From Podarcis tiliguerta (lineage: Eukaryota): a DNA stretch of 64,000 bases. The translations under genes and the position numbers were made by a program. Numbering within the stretch: the stretch's first letter is position 1; every line of letters begins with the position of its first letter. The notes below the pieces were generated by a model. That model did no database searches. It saw nothing but the letters and a program-made list of their open reading frames with translations, and was not told where the DNA came from. Below, piece by piece: positions 13,811 through 26,600 of this stretch. Location: assembly GCA_965153285.1 (NCBI GenBank), contig OZ229111.1, one strand, 5' to 3'.

Positions 13811-15430
13811 CCATGGCTGTGTTTGGGCACAGATGAGGGGGTGCAGGTTTTCATTGGGATCCTATCACACAGGTAGGAACATAGAAAACTGCCTTATGCT
13901 GAGTCCGACCATTGGCTCATCTTGTGCAGTCGTGTCTGTCCTGACTGGAGTGGCTCTCTAGGGTGTCAGGCAGTTTTTACCACCTGCCCCTGAAGACACC
14001 AGAGGTTGGACCTGGGCCTTCTGCATGCAGGGCAGATCCCATGCACTGGGCTGCACTCGCTGGGGACATTTAACCCCAGCTGCACATCTCAGCTGCAAAC
14101 TCTCCTCCATCTCCAACACAGCAGTGTGAGAGTGAGAAAGAAGTTCCTATAAGAAACCGCAGCATATGGAGTCAGGCCAGTGGCCCATCCAGTCTAGTCC
14201 TGTCAACACTGTCTAGCAATGCTTCTCCTTCAGGGTTATTTCCCAAAGCCTGCTGTTTCAGCTTTCTTTTAAGCATAGATGTCAGTTCATTGGCGTTCAT
14301 AGAAGCGTGCCTGGGTTTCTCCTTGGCTATCCACCAGGACCATTTTACTGATACACTTTACCCTAGTAGATCTGTGAGAAATGAGATGTGGGGCTTATGT
14401 CACTTTAGTCTTCCCGCCCCATCCAATGCAAGCCAGGAAGGGAAAACACATTATAGAAGCCCATCAAAAGAGAAAGCTAGTTACTACTATGGTAGAAAAA
14501 CAAACCCATTCAGCAAGCACTACTCCTCTGGCTCCTTTAGATTTCGGCAGGCACTGCTTGCAGGTTTTGTGAAATGGCACTTTTGCTACCAGTTGGCAGA
14601 ACCTTCTGTTTCCCCCCTCAGCAGACCTGCCAACTCAGGCTGTGCCTCACGTTGAAGTTCATGGAGAAGGAAACGGCAAACATCCCACTTGGGGTCTGTC
14701 ATCTCCGCACGTGGCTCAGGGGTGTTGTTCAGAGAAGGCTGCAATGATTTAGCTTCTTCAGTCTGACTCCATTCAGCCTCTGGACCTCTTGGCAGGCCCA
14801 GCCGTCCGGCTGAATAAGGTCTGCTTTAAAGCAGGAGGGAAGGACGTAGATTGTCCCAGGATCTTGAGTAGTAGAGCTGGATCTTGAGAAAAAGGTCTGG
14901 AATGGCCATACAGTCAAATGCGCCAGCACAAACTTAATTCAGAAAAGAAAGCAAATGCTGATAAGTTTTTAGTGAGTTTGTTTTATGTTTTGTGTATTGA
15001 TTCATTCCATGTTGATGACTGCTTTTAACCATTCTGTATGTTTTAAAACTTTACTGTAGGCCACCTAGAGATGCTCTCCGTGTGGCACATCAGATTAAAT
15101 AAATAATGATAATAAAACTTCTCAGTTTCTCGTTTCCATTTACCCAGTGCATGCGTTCCTGAGATGCATGTTCTGAAAGGGCCAGAGGATAATAGAGTGG
15201 ATTCAACAAAGTTGTTGCGCCAGTAGAAGCCAGTGCAAAAAGTCTCGCTAGCACTGTGGTACTTCCCGCCCACCTGTTCCATCTGGTAAAGAAAAATTCT
15301 GTTGCAGATAGAATGATCTCCTTGGAGCAACCCATTGCTTTCCTACAGAAACAAAGCAAGCCTGCAAGAGAGCAGAGCAAAAAGTAGGGTAGACTCTTCC
15401 TATCCTGTTTTTGTATGCTATGGGATATTG

Positions 15431-15525
15431 TATATCTATATCATCATCTATATCATCTATATCATCTATATCTATATCTATATATCTATATCTATATCAT
15501 CTATATCTATATCTATATATCTATA
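15431..15525. repeat. (ATATCT)/(ATC) compound low-complexity repeat
   Basis: Directly visible. Confidence 0.9.
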
Positions 15526-18500
15526 TGGCAAGCATTTGAATACTTGAACCCCATCAACAATACAGCCCGGCAACAGATGGTTTTATTTTATTTGCAGCTG
15601 TATAACTTGTTTCACAACCAAAAGATACTGAAGCAGTGTAAAATAAGACAAAATACAAAGGTTTATAAATCTGATAAATTAAAATCAACCAATCAATTTA
15701 CACATTTATACATTTCATCTTCCATAAAATGACTGGGTCACCCTTCAGGGAAAGTCTTCCTAAATTAAAAAAAATGTCTTCAACAGCTGCCTAAATATCA
15801 AGACACTCAATACCATCTGAGTCCCCGGACTTGTGTCTCTTAGACCAGTTGTCTAGGATGTATGGCAATCATCTAACTGTTCTTAAGACTCTTAACCAAA
15901 CCAGAGTAGAGTTCAAGGAGACAGTTCTATTGCTGGTGCCAGATGACTGTATGTCTTTCACCCATGTGCTTGAATGCTGCGTGCTGGCTCAGAATTTGGT
16001 CTTCTCTCCCAAGCTGATGAGAGAGAAGGACAGGCTAAAATTCCGCTTCTGCAATTATCTAGCTGTCCGTCTATCATTGTGGAGGCCTGGATGCCAGTGC
16101 CTTAGCACACTGTGTTAGTTATCCTTTGAAGGTAACTCTGCGCGAGTTGTGAGTGACCAATTTAGAGCAAGTATCATCACAGCTCTTTATGTCGCACATG
16201 CAAGCCTCATCGTGTTGGGCAAGCTCCTGTTTTTCAGATCTTATCCCAGGGCTCCTAATTGCCATCCTACATCTGTTAATAAGGTGTCACCCATCGGTTT
16301 GTAATGAAGACATCAAAAAAGAAAAAGCTCCCAAGAAGGAGGCCTTCCCGACAGCCTGACGGTTCATTCTGCACTTTCTGTTTAGATTACGGATTTCCCA
16401 TGGCAGGGAACTCATGTCAATACTTTAAAAATAATAATAGAATAAAATAGTGGTTTCAGTGCTGCATCCAGCCAGTCATTGTCTGTCTCTCGATTTGCAT
16501 CACACACAAATCTATCTGTTGGCTGCTCTCTTTTGGTTTTGTTTTCATCAAGGATTGCAATGTCTCTTTGCCGGTTTGTACATTTACAGGAAATTCACAT
16601 TTTTAAAAGAATACTCGGGGGCTATGTGGAAATAGGCACCTCCAAGATGGATTGCCTGACTGTTCTGCAAATCTAGGTGTCTGTGTGACCTAATTAACAA
16701 ATCACAGTTTGAGACCCAAAATGCTTCCATCATGCATCTGACAAGGGCAAATCCAACCTTTCTGCTTTCAAAACAACATCTTTCAGGAGCACCATGTATC
16801 CCCATAATAGTATGTGAAATCCCATTCCTCTCTTAGAAGCTCAGAGCCCATCTTCTTGGCAGAGCTCCCGGGCAGCCTGCCGGGGCACACTTTTCCATTT
16901 GCTGTCCCTGTAAGGATGAAAACATGAAGCTCCCGACAAGTTAGATCATTGGTCCATCTAGACCTGAATTGTTTACTGTTACTGGCAGGAACTCTCCAAA
17001 GATTCAGAGGTTTTTCTAGCACATCTACTTGAGATGGAGATAAGGGGAATCAAACAGGGAAAGCGACGACTCTGCTACTCACCCATGGCGCTTCCCCATT
17101 TTCTGGGTTTCCTGAAATGTATATTCTTAGGGCCTACCTTATTTTTGTGATTCTAAGTTGTTTTGAATTGTTTTTAAACATTGTGTTTTAATTGGGACAT
17201 TAGAGTAAAGGGTGAGCAATTAATAATATTAATCCTATTTTGAAATCAAAGTAACATGAGGGCTCACTGTTGGACCAGTTAGGCTCCCCTGGTAGATTAA
17301 AAGCGGGCAGGGAATGGGCTTATTCCACAGAGCTCCTGGGCTAGTTTTTATGTTTTGCTCTGCTCCACCGCACTTGAATGAGGTGTCTGGAATGAAAGAT
17401 GGTTCAGAATTCCCAGCCATTTTGCTGGCTGCCTTCCAAGGTCCAATGGCTGCTTCCCTTACAATCTCCTGGGTAAAATTAGAACAAAGTTCACTTCTTT
17501 CACAAGCACAAAAAGGAAATGCAGAAAAGGAGAACACTGCAACAGCCAAGATCCATTACCCACTCGTAAGTGCTGGGCCTATCAAAGAAGAGCCCTGTAC
17601 CATCCACCTGCCCACCACTGTGGGTGGAAAGAAGACTCGGAAATATCATCAGATGTTCTGCCTTCTGTTAAGTGCTTCAGTTCTTCTTCTTCCAAGGCAT
17701 GCAGCCAAAGATGTGTATTTCTTCTTGTTTCCAAAGCAATGGAGGAAGGAAACTGGTATTTAGATATCCTTCCAGTGACTGAAACATACCTCATTGACAG
17801 AACTAACCAGTCCAGTTCTTGGCTATGCTGCCCCAGCTGAATGGCACTAACTATTAGCTTGGAGAGAATCCCTTTATTTAACTCTGAAGGTCTAGGCTAG
17901 GGGTGCAGAAACTGAGGACCTCAAGGCATTGCTAGCATTCTGCTCTTATCATCCCCAACTAGCATGGTAAATGGTCGGGGATAATGGGAGTTGTAGTTCA
18001 GCCCACTGGGGATGAGGACTCTCAAGTAGGCCTTGCCTTTACCTCAAGTGATCCCATCAGTGGTGCCAACACCATTTAATTTTACCCCCCCCCCCCCATG
18101 TTCAAATTATATTAAGAGGAAAGAGGGAAGGACAGAGACGTTGAGACAAAATGGCAAATAGAAGAGAAAAACAGAAGGAGATGAACAGATGCATACAGTA
18201 GTAGCAGTAGGAACAACAACAAGATAGAAAAGTGGGTTGTGTATCACAGGACATGGTTAAAGTGGGGTCTGGTTCTCAAGAGAGCTATTGTGATATTAAC
18301 AGATTTAGGTGGCTGTTTCCTGTGATGATTTATGTCACTTATCCACTCATAACCGAAACATTAATCTTTCCTCCAGAGTCAGTCAGTCAGACAGTTGTTT
18401 GGAAGATTTGGGATGGATTCATACATGCACTGAGGAGTATGCTGCCCTATTGCTTGTCTCCCAGGTGACCCTTGAGTTGGACTTGAACAACATGGCATTG

Positions 18501-19551
18501 CCAGGGCACCATCTGAATCTTGCTGCTGAACTCAGCATGCCATGTAGGCAGCCCAAAGAGGCATTGGATTGCAGGAGTTTATTTATACCCAATTCTGTTG
18601 GCAGTGGGGAGGTGTCACGTCTGTAGAGATTATCAAAAGACATCCCAAGTGCTAGCGTCAGCTGCACCTTGTGATTGCAGAGCTGGGATCTCTTCCCTAG
18701 TGACATATCAAAGACAACTGAGGAATCTGAGTGTTTTGCAGAAGTTCGTGTATGAATTGCAAATGCATATTCAAAGTTTTTCTAAAAATAAATATGTCTA
18801 CCTCTACTCCCTGAGAAAGATTTGAGGGAAAACACAGCATTTGATGAAAACATACATTTGCTGGGGGCCTGGACAATCAGATATATTGATGGAAATCGGA
18901 ATCTAACTGGTGGCTGGATTAACCATTAAGCCAGGCAAATTACTGAACAGTTTCTCATAGCCAAAATGGGGCCATGGTGGTATTGTTCCTGGGTGAGAGG
19001 TCCCCAATAGGAAATAGGTGGGTAACCCAATTTGTACTAGAGGATTGTGGACAAATGGAGCAAGGGAGAGCAACAAAGGGTTCGGAATAAAGCTACAAGA
19101 TACCAATCTATCAGCATGCATCTCCTGCAAATCCCTTGGGGTTTATATGAGAGTTTCGTCATGAGCAAATTGTGTTAGACTGTAAATTGAAACAATATGA
19201 TAACAATTCCATCTCAATCCAAGATGGGTTAAAGGCAATAATTTTTAAGGGCTGCGCATTCTAAACTGCACTTCCTTCAGAAAATAACAGTGCTAAAATG
19301 TGCATTGCATGCACAATGCAGTAAGGGAAGTGTGTTAAAAGGTAGCAGATTAGAAAAAGTCTCTGGATCCACCAGCTTCCCCACACACCCCTCCAGTAGC
19401 CAACTTTTCAAATGGTCACTGAAGTGCTTTTAGCAGCAGCCTTTTATGCAGATGTTAGTTGGCAATAATGTGTGTCTCCATAACGTGAAAAGTCCCTATC
19501 CGCTCATTTTTCCATGTGGCTTGGTAGAAGCTTGCCCTGCCCTGGACAGGT

Positions 19552-19564
19552 TGGGCAGAGGTCA
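19552..19564 (+). promoter_or_regulatory. DR1 (PPAR/RXR-type) element TGGGCA-G-AGGTCA in intron 1
   Basis: Direct repeat with 1-nt spacer and a perfect 3' half-site. Confidence 0.3.
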
Positions 19565-20709
19565 GCTTGCAACCTTCCATTGCGATTTTCTCTTTCTGCC
19601 AGTCTCCAGGCCTCTTCCTTGCCCCAAGACTGACCCTTCCCTACAGCCTTTGCTTCGTAACCTGAGGTCCATTTGCCCTTTCTTTCACCTAGTGTTCATA
19701 CAGAAGGTGCGGGAGGACCCACCATTTAATGTTAGTGGAGACTATGTCCTAAATTAAATTGGAAAACGCGGAGAAGACATAAAGTCCCATTCCTGCGGGA
19801 AACAAGCCCTATAATCTGAGATTATCCAGTTAATAAAGACAGAACGAAGGGGGTGGAGAGGGGGAGATGCTGTCTCTTTCGTTTCTGTAACTTCTTGTGA
19901 AAATTGATTGTTAAGTCCTAGAGAGACTATTTGGAAAACTTCAAAGCAGTGCCTTGGATGTTATTCTCTCATTACGGCTTCTCAAATGCTCAGTTGATCT
20001 TGTGAGTTGAGAGCTAAATGCAAAACAAATATATTTGCTCTCCCCATTGTTAGGAAGCTCCCAAAGATCAGCAGGTCTTCACATAAAAGGGCTTCATGAA
20101 TTTTCATTTATCTGGTGGTTGTTTTGAATGCTAGTCTTGGTCATTATGAGGACAAAGGCTTTTATCATCTACCAGCTCCATGGTGGCTTGCCTGGAATGG
20201 GTTTGTTGGCTCAGAAAGGCAGGACTGAGTGCTGACCCTACTCACTGAATTCAGTGAAGACTGTACTGATGCCAGTAAAATTGAGATCAAAAATTTCCCA
20301 ATCGGTGCTGTACTTTGCTAGATAAAAAGCATTTGTGGAGAAGCAGGAAATCTTGGTGTTCAAGTCTGTCCAATTCAGCTAATGGAGTCTAGTTGGTGAA
20401 CTGAGGAACTGTGGATTCAAATCTCCGCTCAGCCATGAGAGTGTTACTCAGTTTTAACATTCCTCACAAGGTTGACTTGAAGATTGCAAGAGATGATAGT
20501 GCCATGTATGCTGGCCTGAATGTCTTTGAGGAAGAGCAGCATTCAAATATGAGCAATAAAATCACATGTCACTGAAACAAATTGGGAGTAACCATGGAGT
20601 CATAACGTTGGCAAAATTCTTACACATCAGATTTTCTTCCCTACTCTGAGCATGGTATAGATCTCAGTAGTGCCCGATGGCACAATTTTGCAGAAACCTT
20701 TGCTTGAGC

Positions 20710-21154
20710 TAGGGATGGGCCCATATGTCAATTTCAGGTTTCTCATTTTTCCAATCTTATGTTTTGTTCCCCACATTTGTACATCAGTTTGTGATGATGG
20801 TGATTTTAAAAAGGGTTTTGTGAAGATTCACCAGCATTTCTGTGCAAATTTCAACTAGTAGACACATTTTTGTAAGTGGTTTTGCCTAAGAGACAGTTTT
20901 TTTGCAAAGGAATTTTCCTAATACAATGGATCCCCCCTACACACACACCTGCCATCATCACCTATGTTAGTTCTACTAATATATACATTTTTGTACATGT
21001 TACTTGGCTGCAGAACTGCACTGGAAAATTCGGAGAGTGCAGATTTTCGAGGATAACTGTGCTTCTGTCTTGTGTACTGCTTTGAGGAAGTGCAAAGTAG
21101 GGAGGTTCACCTTTCAGCCCAGACAGAGCCTACTTTCTCCCTTATCCATCCCTA
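20710..21154. mobile_element. Old hAT-like non-autonomous element
   Basis: TIRs TAGGGATGG / CCATCCCTA; degenerate 8-bp flanks gcttgagc / atctgagc. Confidence 0.55.
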
Positions 21155-23485
21155 ATCTGAGCAAGCCTTGTCTTCTGTATCACAGTCCTCCCCTCCCCCG
21201 CCTTTGTGCATCGTGGACCTTCGAAAGCCGCATCCCCCAGCATATCTGTGACCTTTGGTAGGCTTAGCAGTAATGGTGCAGTGCAGCATTACTGTGTCCT
21301 TCTCGGTCACTCGCTTTCGCCGACCGTGTTGGGAGTTTAATGCAATTGCGTATGCCTTGAGAATGTGGTGGAAATGGGGCCGGGTCTCAGCTGCTCTGTG
21401 TGATTGACTGGATATTTTTAGCTCAGTTCTTAGAGCTTAGATTGCCTTACATGCGCCAGCCATTGATTCTGCTCTATTATACTCTCGTTTTGGCTGGGCT
21501 TGAGGAGCAGGGGAAGAATACAATGGATTGTTAGAGCTGTTATTGAATTGGTGTCTGGAGAAACTTGTTTCTATAAGGAGAGATTGCCACGGGTATGAGG
21601 AAATATTGAAGCTCCAAGGCCTGCTTGCCACTGCCAAGAGCGTGGCGGAGCTAAGTTTAGCTGATGAATGGAGCTGGGGCTGGAAGGCCTGAGAAAGAAA
21701 GGGGAGGTTAGGGGTGGTCAGGACCCAGAATGCCCAGCAGGCCAAAAGTGCCACCTTCAGATGCACACAGGCCTCTGTTGCAGAGCCTTACCTGATTCGT
21801 GACTGTCTGGTGTACCCTATAAGCCTCTTCCTTTCCTTCCTAATTGCTGGCTATCAGGGCACTAGTATAAGCCCTGGATGTCCGCATTACGTCACTAAAG
21901 GCTGGAGTAGCTTAAGTGTCCCTTAAGAAGCCATGCAGCTGCTCTGGTGGTGTACGGGGGCATCTCTGTGTGTCTGTCTGTCTGACTGTCTGTCTTGCCT
22001 GAGGAGATCACCAGTGGTTGAGCTGGTCTTCTGCTATTTTTATAACTCTCCTTAGCTGTTTTTATTATAATTTGTACACCACCTTGAGATGGACGTGGAA
22101 GGCTAGCAATGGATCATGGTGATGATCCATGAGCAAGGGAACTGTCCCAAGAAAAGTTGAAAACGTCTGTTTCCTCTGAACTTGAAAAACAAAACAAAAC
22201 AAACCACCACAAGCACATCTTTGTAATTATACAGGAAACGGGCATTATTCATTTTGAAAGATTGTCCCTCGAAATGCAGCCATTTAATCTGAGTGATCTG
22301 CTGGTAGGTGGGTGGGTGTTTTCCTGTTCCTTTGAACAGAGACAGACTTGAAAGATGCATATTGTCAGTCACCCACCAGTAACCTCCTCCTCCTTTTTTG
22401 CCACGGGGAAACAAAGCATCTGGGCTGTCCTCCAGGGGGCTTGGCCTCTCGCACACTAGAAGGTAGTGGGAGTGCTATTTCCAAGAGCACAGAAATGTTA
22501 ATCTTAGAATCTGCATAATAGGATATTATCATGTTGATACTAGAAATACAAAACCCAAGCATTTCTTGCGAAAGCTGGCCAAGGTTGCAGCATCATTCCC
22601 AAATGGAAATACTAGATGTTGAGCGTGGAGAAAGTGCTCTGTTTTGCTTTATCCTTCAGTTTCTTTTGAATGGCATTGATGCACATATTCAAAGTCGGCA
22701 AAAATAATAATAATCACAATCAGGTACAAGTTGTCACTTCTAATTTAAGAAGGGGAATGAGAAGAATAGACCTAAATTCTGATCTTGCAGACAAGCCAGT
22801 AAGACATAATTATAATTCACCAGCAGGTAATAATGCGGAAAAGAAAAATAATCTCGGGATTTTTAGTTTTAATACATTGGAGGAGGGGCAGGAAATGCCT
22901 CATTTTACATCATTCATGTCCTTCAGTACATGCTTGCTTTAGAGGCACAACTCTTACTACACACTGCTCAGTTGTATTTTCCCAGTCATTTTATGTATTT
23001 ATTTAAAACATTTCTGTATCCCCTTTCATCAGTAATACCAGGTCAAGTCAGAAAAAGAGCCACTGGGAGTCATTTAGAACTATATCTGCCATCTTTAATT
23101 TGCTTTTTTTAGTTTCAATGTGGTTATTTTATAAAATTTTGTTTTGTTGTAAAAGGAATTCTTTTGAAGAACAGGCTAAAAATACCTCGGTAAATAAACA
23201 AATGTGGAACTGTTGCCTTTTTGGAGTTTGAAGGCTTTCTACAGGTGGCAGCCTGCCTTCAAGTGGTTTTAAATCCTCTTTGTTTTAGGAAGGTTTGGAC
23301 TTTGGTTTCTTAGCTCCATGTTAGTGTGGCTTTTTATTGTGTACCATTTGGACACCCCTTAAAGACACCAGTGATCTGATCTACACCTTGTGAAGGCCTG
23401 TGTGATTATATTTGACCTCATTTGGTTTCCCCGAGGATTGGCAAGCCAGCCAAGCTCACCATCCTTTTCTCTTTTACATCCACAG

Positions 23486-23659
23486 TATGAAGTGTCTGGT
23501 GAGGAACACCTCTACTCTGATTTCCCAGAGATAGATTTGTCCCAGTTGGATGCCGGTGACTTTGACTCAGCCAGTTGCTTCAATGAGCTGCAGTGGTGTT
23601 GCGAGCACTCTGAAACAGAGTCCAGCCAGTACAGTACAGATGACTCCGAGCTTTTTCAG
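23486..23659 (+). CDS. PPARGC1B: PGC-1beta exon 2 (acidic activation region, [28 protein letters not shown]...DDSELFQ)
   Basis: cacag|TAT acceptor, CAG|gtacac donor, 174 nt, phase 0/0; DFPE(I/L)DLSQLD is a PGC-1 family signature. Confidence 0.96.
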
Positions 23660-26600
23660 GTACACTTCACCATGGGATTCTCTGTGTCACTATGGGAAAT
23701 TTACTCTGGGTCACAACTTCCAAATTGTGCGTGTGTCTTTCCCCAACTATAATACTGTCATTGGCAATATGTTGGTTCTGGGAGCCCACTGCAGAGAAAA
23801 AACACATTTCTAGAGGAAATAAGTGTATTCTATGGCCATTATTCTTCATGAGAAGAAGAACAGTGAAGGAATCCATGTAGCACATGTGGATTGTGCTGGA
23901 ATGATCCATAGGTAGGAGGGAAGAATGTAGTTTTCTGTTTACAGGTCTTCTGACAAAACATTTCTAGTCAGCAGCAGACAGTGTGGTGGGATGGAGCCCT
24001 TACCTGACCTCTTGGCAGGTGAGTCGCTGCTGCTTACTTGGAGAGGGAGGGACAAGGAAGGGCGATACCATGCAAATGCACTGGGAAGAGTTTCAAATTG
24101 AACTCCACTGGTGTTTTTGCAGCTCACCACCACTGTGCCCCTCCCAATAAGTAGCAGTGACTCACTAGCCAAGTCCCACCACAACATCAGTTTGTTTTCT
24201 TCATGATTGTGTGAAGGAAGAACACATAGAAATCTGGCCTTCATTTGTCCAAGGAAAGGTAAAGGGTGGTCTCTTGTTATTCTAAGGTGGCCTTCTTCAT
24301 CCTTGGGTCCCCAAATATTGTTGGACCACATCTCCCATCATTTGTGACCATTGGATAAACTGGCTGGGGATAATGGGATTTGTAGCCCAGCAACATCTAG
24401 GGATGCATGTCTGAACAGTTCAGATCTAAATTACTAATATATGGCCTGCTACCTGCAAGAGCAGTTGTTTTGGGCTACACTTGGGATTTGGGGCTTCTTC
24501 CTTTGGCTTCCTGTGCAAAGTGCAGCCAGGAACATATGAAGCCACCTTATGCTGAAGGCCAAATTAGATAATACGTTAGGGCTGCACTCTTATATCCACT
24601 TACCTGAGAGTAAGCTCCGTTGAATTACACAAAATTTAATTCAGGCAAAGTAGAAATGTGTAGGACCACAAAGTAAATGTGTGGTCACAATTGCACATCT
24701 TTCAACTTTTTTAAAATAAAAAAAAATAGCACCTGTGGTACTCTGGTACAGTGGAGGGGAACTAATCCTTCTCCCACCTCAGCACAGTTTTGCTGATAAA
24801 ATAATTCATCCCAAACTGTGATTTGCCTCAAGAAGTGATTTGGGGGCCACTCCCTATATAATAAATAGGTTTCTTGTTGTTGTTATTTGTTATTTTGCAC
24901 CCCCTTCGCATGGCACCCATGGAACCACCCTAAATCCAGCGCTGATAATAGCGAGAGGGGTGGGATGGAGAAAAATTGCAAGAGTTAACACCCTCATGCC
25001 TTTCAGTTCTAATTGGGATTGGGAGCTCCTGTAGTTGTTTCTTTCTTTTTCACATTTTTCTTCTTAAAATGAAAGATATGTAAATGGCAGCCACACACTG
25101 AAGGCTTCAAGTTTGGCCCTCCATCCTATCAGTGGCTGAATAGTATCTCCCCTGACTAACAGCCACTCTCCTGAATTTCAGCTGATGCTCTTTTTCAGCC
25201 TCAGCCCTTAGAGTCTCTAACTAGAGATACTGAAAATTGAACGTGGGACTGTGTTCTTCTGCACAGGAAACATGTGGTCTGCCACAGAACGTACAAAACT
25301 AATATAAGCAACTATCTCAAAGTGAAGAAGCTACACTACATCAATAATTCTTGCAGACAATCACACGCACACCAATAATCTCCTTTGCCTGCCCCTGCCT
25401 ACCTGGTGCTTTGCCCCTTACGGCAGATGCAACACAGGCCCAGGATGTTCCGTATCCTGCCGGCACTCACCTGTTAATTCCTCCACACAGAGGAGGCTCG
25501 TTTCCCCCCCTTTTCTGGAACAGCCTGATGAAAGCTGAGAAAAGGTGTCTGTGGGTGAGGAGGGGGGTCCACACTATTAATATCTCTTCTGCAGATGATT
25601 AGTGCCCCATTAATTTGCGCTTGGTTTCTAAATGGAGCAAGTGTAGTAAAGCTAATGAGGAGGCAGAAGAGCAGGCGAAGGCTGCCGAGCCCATCCTCCT
25701 GTGATCTATTATTAAAAGGAAATTACAGGATGGTGCCTTGTGCCATCCAGCCTGATTTCCAAACCTGACGGATTGTTCAGCAGTGGGTGGGAGGGAGGCA
25801 GCAAGCCAGGGAGGGGGGTGGCGATGGGAGGGGAAAGCTCATAGGAAGCCGCACACAAAGTGACGTGGCCCTGGAATGTTAATTTTCCAGCACACAGAAA
25901 GCTTCCCTTTTATCTGACTCTCCAGCTTCGGCGTCACCTCTGCATCTCTCTGTGCACATGGATATTTTTAGCTGAGGCTCCCTCTCAGTGTGTTGCTCGT
26001 GCTCTCTAAATATATGTGGTCCCATTATACCAATCGGCGAGCTGAGACGCGGTGCAGGTGGATGGAGCCGTGAGCCCGCGAGGAAGATTAAAGGCGCACA
26101 GATTACCTGCGGGTGACACAGCTCCCTTGGCGCACCCCACGCCGCCTCCCCCTCCTTGCTCTTGGCTTTCCACAAAACACACACCATCTCCCAACAGGGC
26201 ACAAGGTATTCATGGTGGTGTTTCCATGATCAGGATATGTTGTGAACAGTTCTTGGCTTCAGTTCTCCCCCTGTTAATTTAGGAAGACAGGAAGCTGCCT
26301 TGTGGCGGATCAGATCATTGCCCTACCTAGTTCAGTATTGCCTACACTGACTGGTAGGTAGCACCTCTTCAACATTTCGGACAGCCTTACCTGGAGATGT
26401 CAGGGGATTGAAGTTGCAACTTTCTGCTTACAAGACAGATGCTCTACCACTGAGCTAGAGCCCTTCTCATTGTGTTCACATGCACACCATATGCCTGCTC
26501 TTCCCTTTTATGTCAAATGCCAGTAGCATTTCCAAGAGTCCAGAGCTAGTTCATATGATGGTGCCTCACCCGCCACCCCTGCTCCCTTCTTAACCCCAGC

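Noticed and set aside
17235-17549. ORF containing MAGN, similar to the PGC-1beta N-terminus
   Set aside because: Wrong strand and no further similarity; true exon 1 is not in the window
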